Notes under the pieces: generated by a model | What the model was told of the DNA's origin: nothing | Database searches by the model: none | The model's input: the letters and a program-made list of their open reading frames with translations, nothing else | From: a virus | Lineage: Duplodnaviria > Heunggongvirae > Uroviricota > Caudoviricetes | Reading direction: 5' to 3' (one strand) | Virus record (IMG/VR): IMGVR_UViG_3300044675_001501 | Span: 1-64,000 of that record | DNA: 64,000 nt | Shown here: in pieces, positions 26,757 to 39,500 of the stretch | Position numbering within the stretch: position 1 is the first letter of the stretch | Layout: each line of letters begins with the position of its first letter | Position numbers and translations under genes: made by a program

Positions 26757-28337
26757 TTAGAAGTTGTATATGGGTTTCTCCTCATCTGGAGTTCCGTCAT
26801 CGAAAAATCCAAATGGGGTTAGTTCATCTTCAATTGCCTTTAGTTGTTTCTCGTAAATTAATTTTCTCAAGTTTAGATTATTCAAGTCCTTAAAATAAGG
26901 GTTTGTTGATAACCAAGAAAAGAGAACCAGAGTCATAACTAAATCGTCATAGTACCCATCGTCAGCTGCAAAAGAATTCCTCTTTTCAATAAATGTAGAA
27001 AGTTCAGATATAATATCAGCGTCAGTAATAATGAGTTTTTTCTCCTCGATAAAACTCTTCAAAACTGAACAGCCGATTCGTTTGACTTTTTTGTCTGTTG
27101 TTACACCATATTTTGTTCTGCCGCCACCAAATCCACCGTTTACAGTTTGTCCTTGGTTGCCTCTATTAACGAACAACATATTCTCATACTCAAGTTCCCC
27201 ATACAGGATGTCAGCAACCTGTGGGTCTGAGTTAACCTCAATCAGAACATAAGCATTGTTGTATTGTTTCGCTATTTTCTCGATAATGTTTGGATACAAC
27301 AAGGGACTTACTTTGTTACTTCTATATTTAGCGTTTATGAAATACGGAGTTGTAGTAATGTCTATTACCGTAAATGCGCTGTAGTCGCCGTCAAGACCCT
27401 GTGAGGTGTCTGCTACAAGAACATAAGTGTGGTCTTTTTCTGGCTTATTAAAGATGTCAAGACCTTCGTTATTATAGATAGGTTTAATCGGCGACATCTG
27501 AGCGATGACATCAGCATTAATAAGAGTAAGAGAAGAACCAAGGAATTTACACAGAACCTCTTGGTTATATTTAAGGTCGCCAAGTTGACGACGCTGTTCT
27601 TCTGCCCATTTCGCATCTCTACCTGGAATTTCCCAATATGGAATAAACAATGGAACAAAGTCATTATACTTCTGTTCAGCATCGTTCCAGAATTTCCAGA
27701 AATGATTATATCCAAGTGGAGTTGATGTTATCAAAATCTTGGTTGACGTACCAGCAGAAATTGTAGGATATATAGAAGTGAAGAACTGTTCTGCAATTTG
27801 ATTAGGAATAATCGCAGCCTCGTCAATATACAACATGTTAACAGATTTAGAACGAATACCAGAAGCTGTAGTAGCTGCAGTAAAAACCTTTGAACCGTTC
27901 TCTAATTCAACGTCGCCCTTGTTCCATGTTTTAACACCTTGCTGCATCCACAGAGGTAAATTCTCGTACATTAATTGATAACGAGAAAGTATTTCTCTAG
28001 ATGTAGCAGCTTTGTTCGCTAGAATAGCGACATTCTTATTGTCATTAAAAATAGTATACCAAAGAATATAACCAGCAGCTGTAGTTGTTTTACCCTGCTG
28101 ACGACCTTCCATAATAATTACTTTACGATTGTCGTGAATCGTTCTTACTTTTTTCTTTTGACATTCGTATAATTTAAACTGTTGAAGACCATGATCGAGT
28201 GTAACAATATAACAGTAATTATCAATAAAGTAGACTGGGTCTTCTTTACATTTTAGATACTCTTTAATTGTTTCTTCTGTAAATTCTACAGGTACACCAA
28301 CAGCTTTTAAATTCGCATTAGCATTATAATTCTTCAT
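26757..28337 (-). CDS. 17: large terminase subunit gp17
   Basis: Walker A region 'EGRQQGKTTT', with T4 gp17-like motifs throughout. Confidence 0.9.
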   Translation of the reverse strand: MKNYNANANLKAVGVPVEFTEETIKEYLKCKEDPVYFIDNYCYIVTLDHGLQQFKLYECQKKKVRTIHDNRKVIIMEGRQQGKTTTAAGYILWYTIFNDNKNVAILANKAATSREILSRYQLMYENLPLWMQQGVKTWNKGDVELENGSKVFTAATTASGIRSKSVNMLYIDEAAIIPNQIAEQFFTSIYPTISAGTSTKILITSTPLGYNHFWKFWNDAEQKYNDFVPLFIPYWEIPGRDAKWAEEQRRQLGDLKYNQEVLCKFLGSSLTLINADVIAQMSPIKPIYNNEGLDIFNKPEKDHTYVLVADTSQGLDGDYSAFTVIDITTTPYFINAKYRSNKVSPLLYPNIIEKIAKQYNNAYVLIEVNSDPQVADILYGELEYENMLFVNRGNQGQTVNGGFGGGRTKYGVTTDKKVKRIGCSVLKSFIEEKKLIITDADIISELSTFIEKRNSFAADDGYYDDLVMTLVLFSWLSTNPYFKDLNNLNLRKLIYEKQLKAIEDELTPFGFFDDGTPDEEKPIYNF

Positions 28338-29086
28338 TATTCCCAGCCTTCAATTATCGCTGATCCAGGTGTTTCTTGTGTTGCTGAATATGTTGATGTT
28401 TCAATATCAAACTGATTAGTTTGAGAAATGCTTGCATTGATAGTTCTAATAATACCGTTCTTAGAAACAGGTCCAAACAAATTAAGTTTAAGAGTAAATG
28501 TCATAGTATAAGTAACAAATCTTCTTGTCTGAAAATCACCATCATAATCATCTTGAATACTTACGCTATTTAGAATAATTGGAATGTCCTGAACTACATT
28601 CATTTCTGGAACAACATTAAGAGATAGTGTAAACTCTGGTGTAAAATATGGAAGGATCTGCTCTACTATTTGCAAACAGTCTTCTTGGGTTTTAGCGATA
28701 GCATAAAGGGATATGTCAATATTATATGGAACAGGCGAGAACATTTGATCTCTGCCACCATTATCTTTAACGCAAACCAATTTATTCATTCTATTTACTT
28801 TTCTTGTTGCGTCATACGCAATATTAGTAACTTCGAATGAAAGTCTTGGTAGAGTTGTATAAACTTGATTTTCTAAAGTTGGATCTGAGTCAACACGAAC
28901 AATCCACTTTTCTTTAGGTGCGTAAGCAATAGGAACATCAACAGTTTGAATTGTGTCCCCAGTGTTTCCGTATTCGGCGCTATTCTCTTTTAACTTTCTT
29001 TCAATTTTAATGTTACTAAAAAGGCTACCGAAGGCTACGATAGTCTTTCTAATTACACCATGATAGAATGTTTGACCTTTTAACAT
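28337..29086 (-). CDS. 15: tail sheath stabiliser/terminator gp15
   Basis: 'GSLFSNIKIERKL' and 'QIVEQILPYF' match T4 gp15 'GDLFSNIQIKRQL' and 'QIVEQILPYF'. Confidence 0.8.
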   Translation of the reverse strand: MLKGQTFYHGVIRKTIVAFGSLFSNIKIERKLKENSAEYGNTGDTIQTVDVPIAYAPKEKWIVRVDSDPTLENQVYTTLPRLSFEVTNIAYDATRKVNRMNKLVCVKDNGGRDQMFSPVPYNIDISLYAIAKTQEDCLQIVEQILPYFTPEFTLSLNVVPEMNVVQDIPIILNSVSIQDDYDGDFQTRRFVTYTMTFTLKLNLFGPVSKNGIIRTINASISQTNQFDIETSTYSATQETPGSAIIEGWE

Positions 29087-29799
29087 TATACGATATCCCC
29101 AAACGGATTATCTTCATTAAAGATAATATCTCTCATTTCTTTTCTAAACTTCTCATTGTCTCCGAATGAAGTAACTTCATCTGTTCCGTAACCACCACCA
29201 AGCTGTTGACCATTTTCTGCAAGCATTAGATCGCCAGTTTCTAGTAGTAAACCATATTCTCCGTAAGACTTTAGTTCTTCGAAAACATCAATATCAGGGA
29301 TACCAGTTTGGATTGTCTCAGAAGCATACTGGAACAATTCAACTTGTAGTTTGTAAATATAGAGTTTGCCTAATTGAAAGAATGGATCTAGATGATCAAC
29401 ATACTTAATTTCAAACAAACCTTTTGTTAGTGGGAAATATAATAGGTCGCCTTCTGCTGGTCTAGCTGGGATAATCGTTTGACCGAATCTACCAATAAGC
29501 TGATCCCATCTACGTCTTGCTACTGTGAAGGTTGCGCTTGATTCATTAAACAAACCGAACTTTTGAATAAAAGAACCTTGACCACCGTAGTCAGTAACAT
29601 TCTCAAAATACATCTCAATTGGGTATGCATCTAAGAACTGGCTTAAACGATCTTCGCCTAAGATCTCATCTTTACCTACAAGTTTTCTTGGAATGTAAAA
29701 CATATCCTGTCCATAGATGGACAGGGACTCAACTATTAGGTCTTCAATAAGATACTGTTCGTTCTTTGTGCCATGACTAAAGTAGACATTTCTTGTCAT
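29086..29799 (-). CDS. 14: putative neck protein gp14
   Basis: Assigned by synteny (13-14-15-17) and size. Confidence 0.45.
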   Translation of the reverse strand: MTRNVYFSHGTKNEQYLIEDLIVESLSIYGQDMFYIPRKLVGKDEILGEDRLSQFLDAYPIEMYFENVTDYGGQGSFIQKFGLFNESSATFTVARRRWDQLIGRFGQTIIPARPAEGDLLYFPLTKGLFEIKYVDHLDPFFQLGKLYIYKLQVELFQYASETIQTGIPDIDVFEELKSYGEYGLLLETGDLMLAENGQQLGGGYGTDEVTSFGDNEKFRKEMRDIIFNEDNPFGDIV

Positions 29800-29801
29800 T
29801 T

Positions 29802-30548
29802 TTATCCCATAAAGAATTCTAGCGGAGCAGCCTTAGTAATTAAGTCTTCTTCTAATTCCTTTATTTCTTCGACTGCTTCTTGATATAATTTATCGCCATC
29901 AATTACAACACCACCTGGTAATTGTAATCCTTGGAATTTCTTTAGGTTAGTTCCCCACTGTTTCTTAAACAATGCAGTTGTAAACTTCTTTAGCCAAGTT
30001 TCGTTTAACATTCTTGGGAATGTTGCTGGATCTAAAGCACGATAACACTCAACTAGAACATACTCACCAACATTAATATCACTTTCCCAGTTAATATCTA
30101 GGTGTAATCTATTTTGAAATCTATTAAAACGATAAAGAGTATGTCCATTTAGAACCATGTCAAGCAAAGCAAGATGTCCTCTTACCATTTCATAATAGAT
30201 TATAGATGTGCTTGTTAAGTCGTAAAGATCGTGAAGACGTAGTTGGTATTGCATATCAAACATATTACGACTAGAGCCAGAAGCGCCAGAACCACCTGTT
30301 GGGAAAACTCTAGTAATACCATAAACAATATCAGGGATTGGAATATATCTATTTGTCTTATCTGTTTCGGTAATCTGATGTTTTAAATAAAACTTTTCAG
30401 TACCTTCATGGTGATATACTCTAAACTTCTCGATAGCATCATCAATTCTGTCCTCTAGTTGATCGTCGTCTACGTTGATCTCGAGAACTGGTGCGCCCAG
30501 TTCTCTTAAGCAGTACTCTTTTAATTGTTCTCTAGTAGCAACAGCCAT
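29802..30548 (-). CDS. 13: putative neck protein gp13
   Basis: Assigned by synteny and size. Confidence 0.45.
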   Translation of the reverse strand: MAVATREQLKEYCLRELGAPVLEINVDDDQLEDRIDDAIEKFRVYHHEGTEKFYLKHQITETDKTNRYIPIPDIVYGITRVFPTGGSGASGSSRNMFDMQYQLRLHDLYDLTSTSIIYYEMVRGHLALLDMVLNGHTLYRFNRFQNRLHLDINWESDINVGEYVLVECYRALDPATFPRMLNETWLKKFTTALFKKQWGTNLKKFQGLQLPGGVVIDGDKLYQEAVEEIKELEEDLITKAAPLEFFMG

Positions 30549-30557
30549 TTTGTTTCC

Positions 30558-33500
30558 TTATGCTTGTGATTCAGTCCAAGACAGACGGCAAGAAGCAGCG
30601 AACGTAGCAGCAGCAGTAACGTCAGAAGCTAGACCAATGTATCTCATACGTAGAGTCAATACGTCTGGACCGTCAGGGAATACACCGTTACCGCCCATAA
30701 TAGAGTTACCAAGAGTTGCAATTTCACGTAGGTCAATAGAGGTCAATGCTTGAGCTCTGTTGTTTGGTGTTGTCAACTGGTTTCCAGGTGGAACACGGAA
30801 CGAGAAGATAACAGAACCTTGGTCAATTGTGTCAGAAATGTTATGGTAAACAACCTGACTCAATGAAGGAGCAGTAACACGCTTCCAATCCAAGTTATCC
30901 AAGTCAGCATTCAGAACCAGAGACAATTCAATCTCGTGGGTTGAAAGAACGTCAAGAGCTTTCAAGTTCAATTGCATGCGGTTAATAATTTCTCTTTCTC
31001 CAAGTAATCCTGGAATACCATTATCAACAGAAGGCGATAGACGTAAAGACAATAGAGGAATTGTTTTAGTCAAATCAACAGCCTGTGAAACTGTATATGT
31101 AGTATTTGTCGCTTGGATAGAAGAAGGTCTTGCGTTAACAACCAATAAGTTTTTAAGAATATTAGATGTTGGAGAAACTCTGACCTGACGCAAATATGGT
31201 TGACTACCGATAGATGAGTTGGTTGGGTTTGCAGTTAATGTACCAGCAACAATACCATTTCCTGATATACCAGAATTAGCATTAATAGAAAAATATGTAT
31301 CTGCATGAGTAGGAATTTCAATAGCAAAACCAATTTCACCAATCAGCTTACCGCCATTGTTATAAGCATACCATTTTCCTAGTTCGAATGCGTTACCAGC
31401 TGTAACTCCACCAGCTGCGGCAAGACTTGGTGCTACTGCGGTACAAACAAAACTTGTTCCAACGTTGTTGTTTGCTGCTCCATATGAAGTCCAAGTTGTT
31501 GATCCTGCCGTATTAATTGTATAAGAACGACCGATAACTAAATTGTTTGCTGTAAAGGTTTGAGATACTGATGCTTGTGTTCCACCAGTAACGCTAATTG
31601 TGCCAGAAGTACCAGTAGAAGTACGAATCTGGTTAGAAGTAGCGGAGAACAAGTATGCTTTATCGTCATCGAAACCACCGTCCATAATAACGGAAGTACC
31701 CCAGTGTGCAAGTTTAGGTATAAAGGAAGGAGAAACGCCAGTATCAACCTCATAGCGAGCTGGCAGGTTACCCGAACGTAGGTACGCTTCTGTTTCTAAG
31801 TTGTTGTGGACAATTTGGTGTACGTATCTAACAACACCATCAGTAGTTTTAAATCCAAAACGAACTTTACCAGCGCCATACCAAGAATAGTCCATGTAAG
31901 CCATCTGAATCTTACGAATATCTAAAGTATATCCTGTTGGACCACTTCCATTACATACATCTAAATTCCAGCTTGATTGTGGAACTCTAATCTCATTAGT
32001 CTTACTTACTACAACATTAGTTGATGTAGAACCTCTATATGATGGTTGAACATAGAACGTATTGTTGTTTGGAATTTCAATAACTTTATATGATTGTCCT
32101 TTAATTACAACATAATCTCCAGAGACTAATTCTGTTACGTATTGTGTTCCTGTTCCTACAATTTGATTGCTGTTAAAAATAACACTTGCAGTTCCACCTA
32201 GCTGAACTGTAGAATTTCTTCTGCATACGCTAAGAGTCGAACCATTATATTCAAAGAACATACCATTTTGATCATCAAATAAACCACAACGAACTGTTGC
32301 GTTATTCCAAGAATTTACGTAGAATTGTGGGCGACCGCTGGAAACGTTGCTATATGGGAAATTCAAACTAATTCTAAATGAATAATCATCTATAATGTCA
32401 TAAATTGTGAACGATCCATTATAGGTAGATCCAGTATCCCCAGAAATAGTAATGTCTAGACCAGCAGTACATCTGTGAGGAACACGAGTAGTTACTGTTG
32501 CATAGTAGTTACTATTACCTGTAACTGAGTTAATAGGTACTGAAGGGCTGAAGTTAATAGCAAACGAAACTTGAATGCCTTTACCTGACTGATAACGGAA
32601 ATACTTACGAGTCTGACGAACAACACGTGCGTTCGGAGAATCTGTTGAGATTAATTCAACACCACCGTCATATGGTCTATGTAACGCTGATGAGTCAGCA
32701 CGCAACAATAGACTAGAAGTAACATCATAGGTGTTTGTTGCTGGGAATCCGTGACAGTTTATTGCGTTTACAGTAGAAGCTGTTGTTGTTGCTGGGATAG
32801 TTGCAGTCGCAGCAGCATTAGTTTGCATAGTAACAACAATAGAAGTGCTATTGCTACCAGCATTAGTTTTGACAATTAATGGAATATTGTCAATCTGAGT
32901 TGTATTACCAGTTCCTGTTAAAACAATGACAGAGCCAGCAGGGAATGGGCAAGGCATTGGGAAAGCGACAGTAATATCTGGGCTGGCGCTTGTTAGTGAT
33001 ATAGAAGTTACTGGCAATTTATATTGTTCATTAATTGGGATAGTATCAACTAAGTTTAACACAGTGCGTGAGTTGACTGTGCTAATTAGAGAAACACCAG
33101 TATTTCCAGGAACAATTAAAGAAACAGTGTGAACACCTGAACCACCAGAAGCAACGATCAAGTTAGTCCCATTTACTGCATCATTATAGGTAGGAGCTAA
33201 GTTGAAGTCGGCAGCTGACGCCCATCTTACATAGTAGATACCACCGTTAATTAGACCAGTTGGTGCAGCAACAGTAGAGTTCCAGCGTACAGACATGCCT
33301 GTCAACATACCGTGCGCAGCACTAGTAAATGTTGAAGAAACGAAAGTTGTTGTTTTTGCAGTGTAAACTGCTGGGTAATTCCAATAGAAGTTATCGCCAG
33401 ATTTAAACGCAGTTGAGAAGTTTGTGTTATTACCAACTACCTTAGTTGTTCCTGCTGCTAGTGCAATAGTACCAGCACCAACAATAGAACCAACAACAGA

Positions 33501-36500
33501 AGCTGCTTCAAATTGATGCGTTCCAGAACCCAAGAAGTTTCCGCTGTTTAAGTTAATTGGAACAACAATAGGATTAACAGCATCTGCTACTGTCGCAGCA
33601 AGTCTGAACCAATCTTCTGTTATTTTAATAATGTAGTATGTTGTATTACTAATTAATGGACCGAATGGTGTTCCTGATGCTGTATATAATACAGGAGTTC
33701 CTGTAATCAATTTGTGTCCGACGCTATAAATCGCATTCCAGTTAAAGTCGACATTAATCTGAGGATTAATACCTAGAACACGTTTAGGAACAACAGCATT
33801 GTTAGGATTATTAAGGGTAAATTTATTTGTTGCGCCACCAGGAGCATTATTTGCGACAGTATACAACCCATCAATGGCTCCAGTAGTAACCCCAGTAGTC
33901 ATTGTGTGGGATGCGCCAGTTCCTTCTGCTGTTATATCAACAACAGTTGATTGACGTAAAGAACCAGTTCCAGAAGGAGTTCCAACAAACTTCACACGAT
34001 CATCTGCGGTATTGTTAATCGCACCAAGTTGAGTCCAGTACAATGTACATGTCGTAGTAGAATCTGCACGAACGTAGTAGAACGCACCATTGGTTAGTCC
34101 TGTAGCTGGTGTTGCTGACAAATATTGAACTAGACGACCAGTAGTAAACCCATGAGTTCCAGTTGTAATAACACCAGTCGCAGTCGCTAAGTTGGTAGTA
34201 TTCTGCGTAAATGAAATCGCAGCAGTATCCCAACCTGTTAACGTATCAGCTAACTGGAATCTATCGGTAGTAGAATTGAAAACGAATTTAGTTGATCCGC
34301 TTGTTAGTCCTCCAACTTCAGAGCCACCACCTGTTGCGTATGTTACAGAGGTTCCATTGTTTAATCCATGATTTTGTTTATAGATGGTGTCGCCAGCGGT
34401 ATTCGATGCTCTTCTTGTGAAGTAATGATTATTTCCAACAAAAGATAGTTTTGCGCCGAGGAAATAAATTCTACCAACATCTGTGCCATTATTATATGCA
34501 GCAAAAGCAGAAGTGTTTAGAGGCTCAGTAGCTTCAGCATCTTTGTAAATTTCTAGTGTTGTAGATGTTGCTGATTTAGCATAATATATCTTATGATCCC
34601 ATAGAGCATACCAAGGAGAAGCTGGTGCAGCAAAACCTTGGAAGTGAATAGGAACAACTGCGCCAACAGGGACGCTGTGCGCTGCAGTCGTAGCAACCGC
34701 AGTAGAGTTACTGGTGAATGCAGTAATCGCAAGGATCTGAGGGTTCAATGCTGGAATTAGCTGAGAAGCAGTACCGTTTGTTGACACTGCTCCATTGGTT
34801 CCACTATTAGCATATGTGAACGTATTAAATGTAGCTTGTAAAATTACTGCAGTTGCATTGTTAAAGGTTGTGTCAGTAACAGAAGCAATAGCAACTTGTG
34901 TTCCAATTTTGAAACCATGAGGAACAGCAGTAGTAACTGTAGCTACGTTATTATCTCTACGAATAGAAGCAATATTTACGCTGTTCGATGGGAATGTATA
35001 TGTTATTGAATTTGTCTCACCAACAGTAATCGCTGTAATAGATCCTCGTTTTAGTGTAGTAGAAGGAATCTTTGTGATTTCAAAGTAATCAGTAATTTGT
35101 GAGCCAACAAGAGGGAAATATGAGTTATCTTTAGGGTGAGCCCAAACACTCTGCAACCAGCTTGTTCCAATAGCAAGGTTATCTTCATCGCGAACTCCAT
35201 GTCCTGTATCAATAACAACCTTCGCAGTAGATATTGTAGAGAATGTTCCTGGAAGACCTCCTGGAGTCATAACATAAACAATAACACTTAGTGCTGGCGC
35301 AGTTCCTGATACGGCTCCAACTCTAATATCATAAGCATTGAAACGAGAATCTCCGATATATGTTAACTCCGCAGTGCCATCAGAAACCGCACCACTTGTG
35401 TGAGAAGGCGCTGATGTGCTGGTTGTTCCAGCAACAGAAACATTGTATAAATTATTATTCCAGAAAACTTTTTGGTTTAGTGTTAACGCAGTATTTGGAC
35501 CCCATGGTGTACCCATTTTTAGTGGTTGGTTATTTGCGTCAAAGAACTTGATTAAACCGCCATGGTGTGCAACGTTGGCTAAAGCGCTACCTCCTGCGAT
35601 ACGTGCTGCTGAAGTAAACGTGAATGTATTAGCACCAGCAGTAATAGTTGGAACTACAATGTTTGCTGTAGTTGACCATGCAGAAGATGGATACGAAATC
35701 GTCATCGATGTTCCACCAGAAGCCACAGCTGCAGTTTTCCAATTCCAATATGCGGTGTCAAATGTTGTGTTAACATTTGTTAGTGTCTTATCTGCAAATG
35801 CGTTAGCTGTATCTAAATGCGCACCAGCAGCGCTTGTTACTGCCAGAGCAGATCCAGCATCAGAAAGAAGTTTAAATCTATCTGTGGTTGCAGAGTCAAC
35901 AATAAAGTATGATCTATTTGTTAAACCAGTAGGAACAGAAGCTGCGGCTTGGGTTCCACCTGATGCCTCCCAGAAAACCAATTCTCCGTTTTGGAATCCG
36001 TGAGACTTAGAATACCAAGATCTACCAGTAGACCATGGTTGTGTATAGTTAATAGGAACAACATATCCATCAACAGAAGTGCCACTAAGAGTTAAATTAG
36101 ATCCACTAACAGTTGTTGACAAATTGAATGTTAGAATATCTGAACTTGCTGAACCATAGAGATCAAAACCAACATTATTGGTTTGAACTGCAAGAGAATT
36201 GTTTAATGGATTTTTAAGTTTAATTGTTAAAGTTCTAGTTGTTGTTCCTGTGTGGTTGGTTATCATACCAACTGGATTTACTGTAGAACCTGGGAATTCA
36301 CCAAAAGGGCTAACCTCATATGATTGATACAATCCAGTATTATTTCTTAAAACAATCTGGTGTCCTTTCGGAGTATTTCTTAGAGGAGTTCCTGTGAACA
36401 GTGCGCCAGCGTTTGATGCGGTAGCAAGAGTGAATGTTGCACCACCTTGCGTAGAGCTTAAAGTGATATCTGCGCTACTTTCGATAGTTTTAACATAATA

Positions 36501-39500
36501 CGTTGTGCCAGAAACAATATTACCGAAAGATGCACCTACAGTGAATGGTTGATTAACTGCAAGACCTTGAGTTGTATGTAGCGTTAGTCTATTAGTTCCA
36601 GCTGTGGTGTTTGTTGCAATAGTTGTTACGTTTGTAGCGCCAAGGAATCCTGACATGACGTCAGTCTTAACTACTGGTAATGGTCCATACGAATAGCAAG
36701 AAACACGCTGAGCTGAAGTAGTAGATAGAGTTGCTAAAGCCCCACCACGAGTAGTAGAAACTGTAAGTGTTGTTCCAGAAAGAACGCTTACAATGTAATA
36801 AAGTTGTCCAGAAGATAATCCACCAACGCTGGCATCAACTTCAAACATCTGACCAGCTTTCATACCAGTAGTGCTTGACACAGTAATTACGTTCGTTGTT
36901 ACAGCAGTGCCAGTAATTGTAGTAAATGCACCCTCATCAAAAGTTAATGATAATGTTGCAGCGTCTTGAGCCGCAAGAGCGATGGTGCCGATTGCGCCAT
37001 CAAGTTCTCCATTCGGACCACTATAACTAGAAAAATTTGCATTACCTGGAGCACTGTTAGATCCATTGGTTGCGCCGAAGGGTAAGGTTACTTGTGATTG
37101 GTGCGTGTCAGAATTTGGATTTCTGGCATACACAATGTTTGGCAATTGAGCTGGTGTCCAGTTATTAGTGAATGCTGTAGTTCCACCAATAGCAGTAGTC
37201 CATACAGCTAAAGGTTGGTTATCTAAAATCGCAGAATTGAGAGTATCTAAACACTGGACAAACATTGTTCCAGAAGCTGTTTGATAGTCATGAACTCTAG
37301 CTGCAGCCATAAAGGAATGTGGACCAAATCTATCTGTAGCAAGAGGGAATCTAGATGCAGCTGCTTGTACACCGAAGTTAACTGAAAGAGCAGTTCTTCT
37401 GTTTGCTTGTGTAACTAATACGCACTGTGTTGTCGAATCTGTAATAATAGTGCCGATTTGAGCAGTAAACGAAGCAGCAGTAGCAGTACCCATTGCTACT
37501 GGATTTGTAAACTGTTTAGGTGTAGCACTAGAATCGTTTACATCAGTAGTTGGTGTATCAGAAATTGTAATCTGAGTGCCAGACAAAACGTCTTTGACGT
37601 AGTATGTAGTATTTCCAAGAATACCAGCAAGGCTACCGTTAGCAGTACCAGTACCAGATGCTGCTCCATTAGTTGCGGCAGTGAATGTTGAACCAACAGC
37701 ATAAGTTACGCCAGATGTTCCAGCAATAGTATTCCACTGAGGTTGTGTAGTTGTTCCAAGAGCAGCAATAGTGTATTGCTGTCCTACAGTAAAATGACCT
37801 GCAGATACTGTTGGACCTTGAATGTGAGTGCTTAGATATGGGGTTACTGCAGTTCCTGGCACGAAACGAATTGCCATACCTGGAGTCATGTTTGCAGTAG
37901 CTGCTACAGTAACAATATTTCTCTCAGCGTTTAGGGAGTTACCGCTGATCACTGGAATGTTCAAGTAGCGATTAATTGTATAAGTACCAGCTGCTCCTGT
38001 ACCAGTGCCTCTTGCAGTAATGTAAGTTCCTGCTGGTACATGTCCATTAGTATCTGACAGATATGCTCCAAGGTCGAATGCAGTACCTGTTACAGTAGCG
38101 TTAACTGTCAATACGTTTCCTGAAATAGAGAACGAGGTTGTGCTACCTGTTTGGTTTAATGTTGCAGTGCCTGTTGTTGTGTTACCGTTATAGAATCCAG
38201 GTTTAGTTCTTACATAATAAACTGTAGGCGCAGTAATTTGCGATCCACCAATAGTAAGACCGCCATTTAGAGCACCCATGTTGTATAGGTATGGTCTATT
38301 ATCGATAAGACCATGAGAAGAAGCGAAAGTAATTACATTGGCTCTCGTTGAAGCGATGTAGTTTGTATCGTTTACACCTTTATGCTCAAGTAGATCTGCT
38401 GCGTTTTTACCCAATGTGAAAAATAAAGTTGGGCGAGATGCTCCAGCTGGGTTGAAGTTATACTTCTCAGCTGTCCATGTATATGGGTTAAATTTAGATG
38501 TGTTGTCTAGATCTAAAGAGTTTTCTGAGTAGCCGTTAGAAGATGATACGGTTTCGTTAGAAGAAGTTGTTCTGATAAACAACTGTCTCTTCCAGCTCTG
38601 CTGTGGATCTAAGAATACATCACCAGTGAATGTTGCATTAACAGCTTCGTTGTTTGGACCTCTAATACTAAAAGTTAAACTAGATAGAGAATAATTTACT
38701 AAATCTGCTTTTATTAATCTAGCATCAATTGTATCGTTTTCGCAGTCAAATGTTACTTCCCAGATTATTGTAGTATTAGTTGATCCGTCTTGAAACTCTT
38801 TACCTTCCCATCTAATTCTAAGGCTGGTAGTTGTTGTTGAAAAATAAAGTTTCTTAAGATTAAAGTCCCCAGTTAAGAAGTTAATCTTTGGAGAATATGT
38901 ATTGTTATTATCAACGCCATTCCAAGCAGCAACATCAACAGCAGGACCATTACCAATTACGCTTGTGCTATTTGTAAAGTGAATAGTCGAATTAGATGTT
39001 ACCCAAACACGGTCAAAGGTTTGGTCGAAAATTTTAAACGGCATTGATTCTGGGAATAGTACTCTGTAAACACCCTCATCAATACCAACGTTTGATGTTG
39101 TTGCATCACCATCAATAATTAATGTCATACCCAGAGTTCCTGGGTCTGTAATGCCAGAAGTTCCAAAGGTTACGTATGCTTTGTCTGTATAACCATTGTT
39201 ATCAGTAACTACAGCATCATCTGTTCTTAGTATTGCTTGGTTTTCAGTGTAAATTAAAGAAGTAACTAATGTTGAATCGAATGTAATCTGCTGCGATGTT
39301 AGGCTGTTTAGAAGAATAAATGTAGTGCCAATAGCAAATCCATGTGGACCATTGGTTGTAATTGTAATAGTAGATGGGCTTTCTCCATCTGTTGCGATCG
39401 CGCCAAGAGATTCTAACTTAAATTCAGTTCCTTGGTATAATGATGCAAGATAAATTTCTGTAGAGCTTTCTCTTACAGAACCTGTAATTGGTGATGTTCT

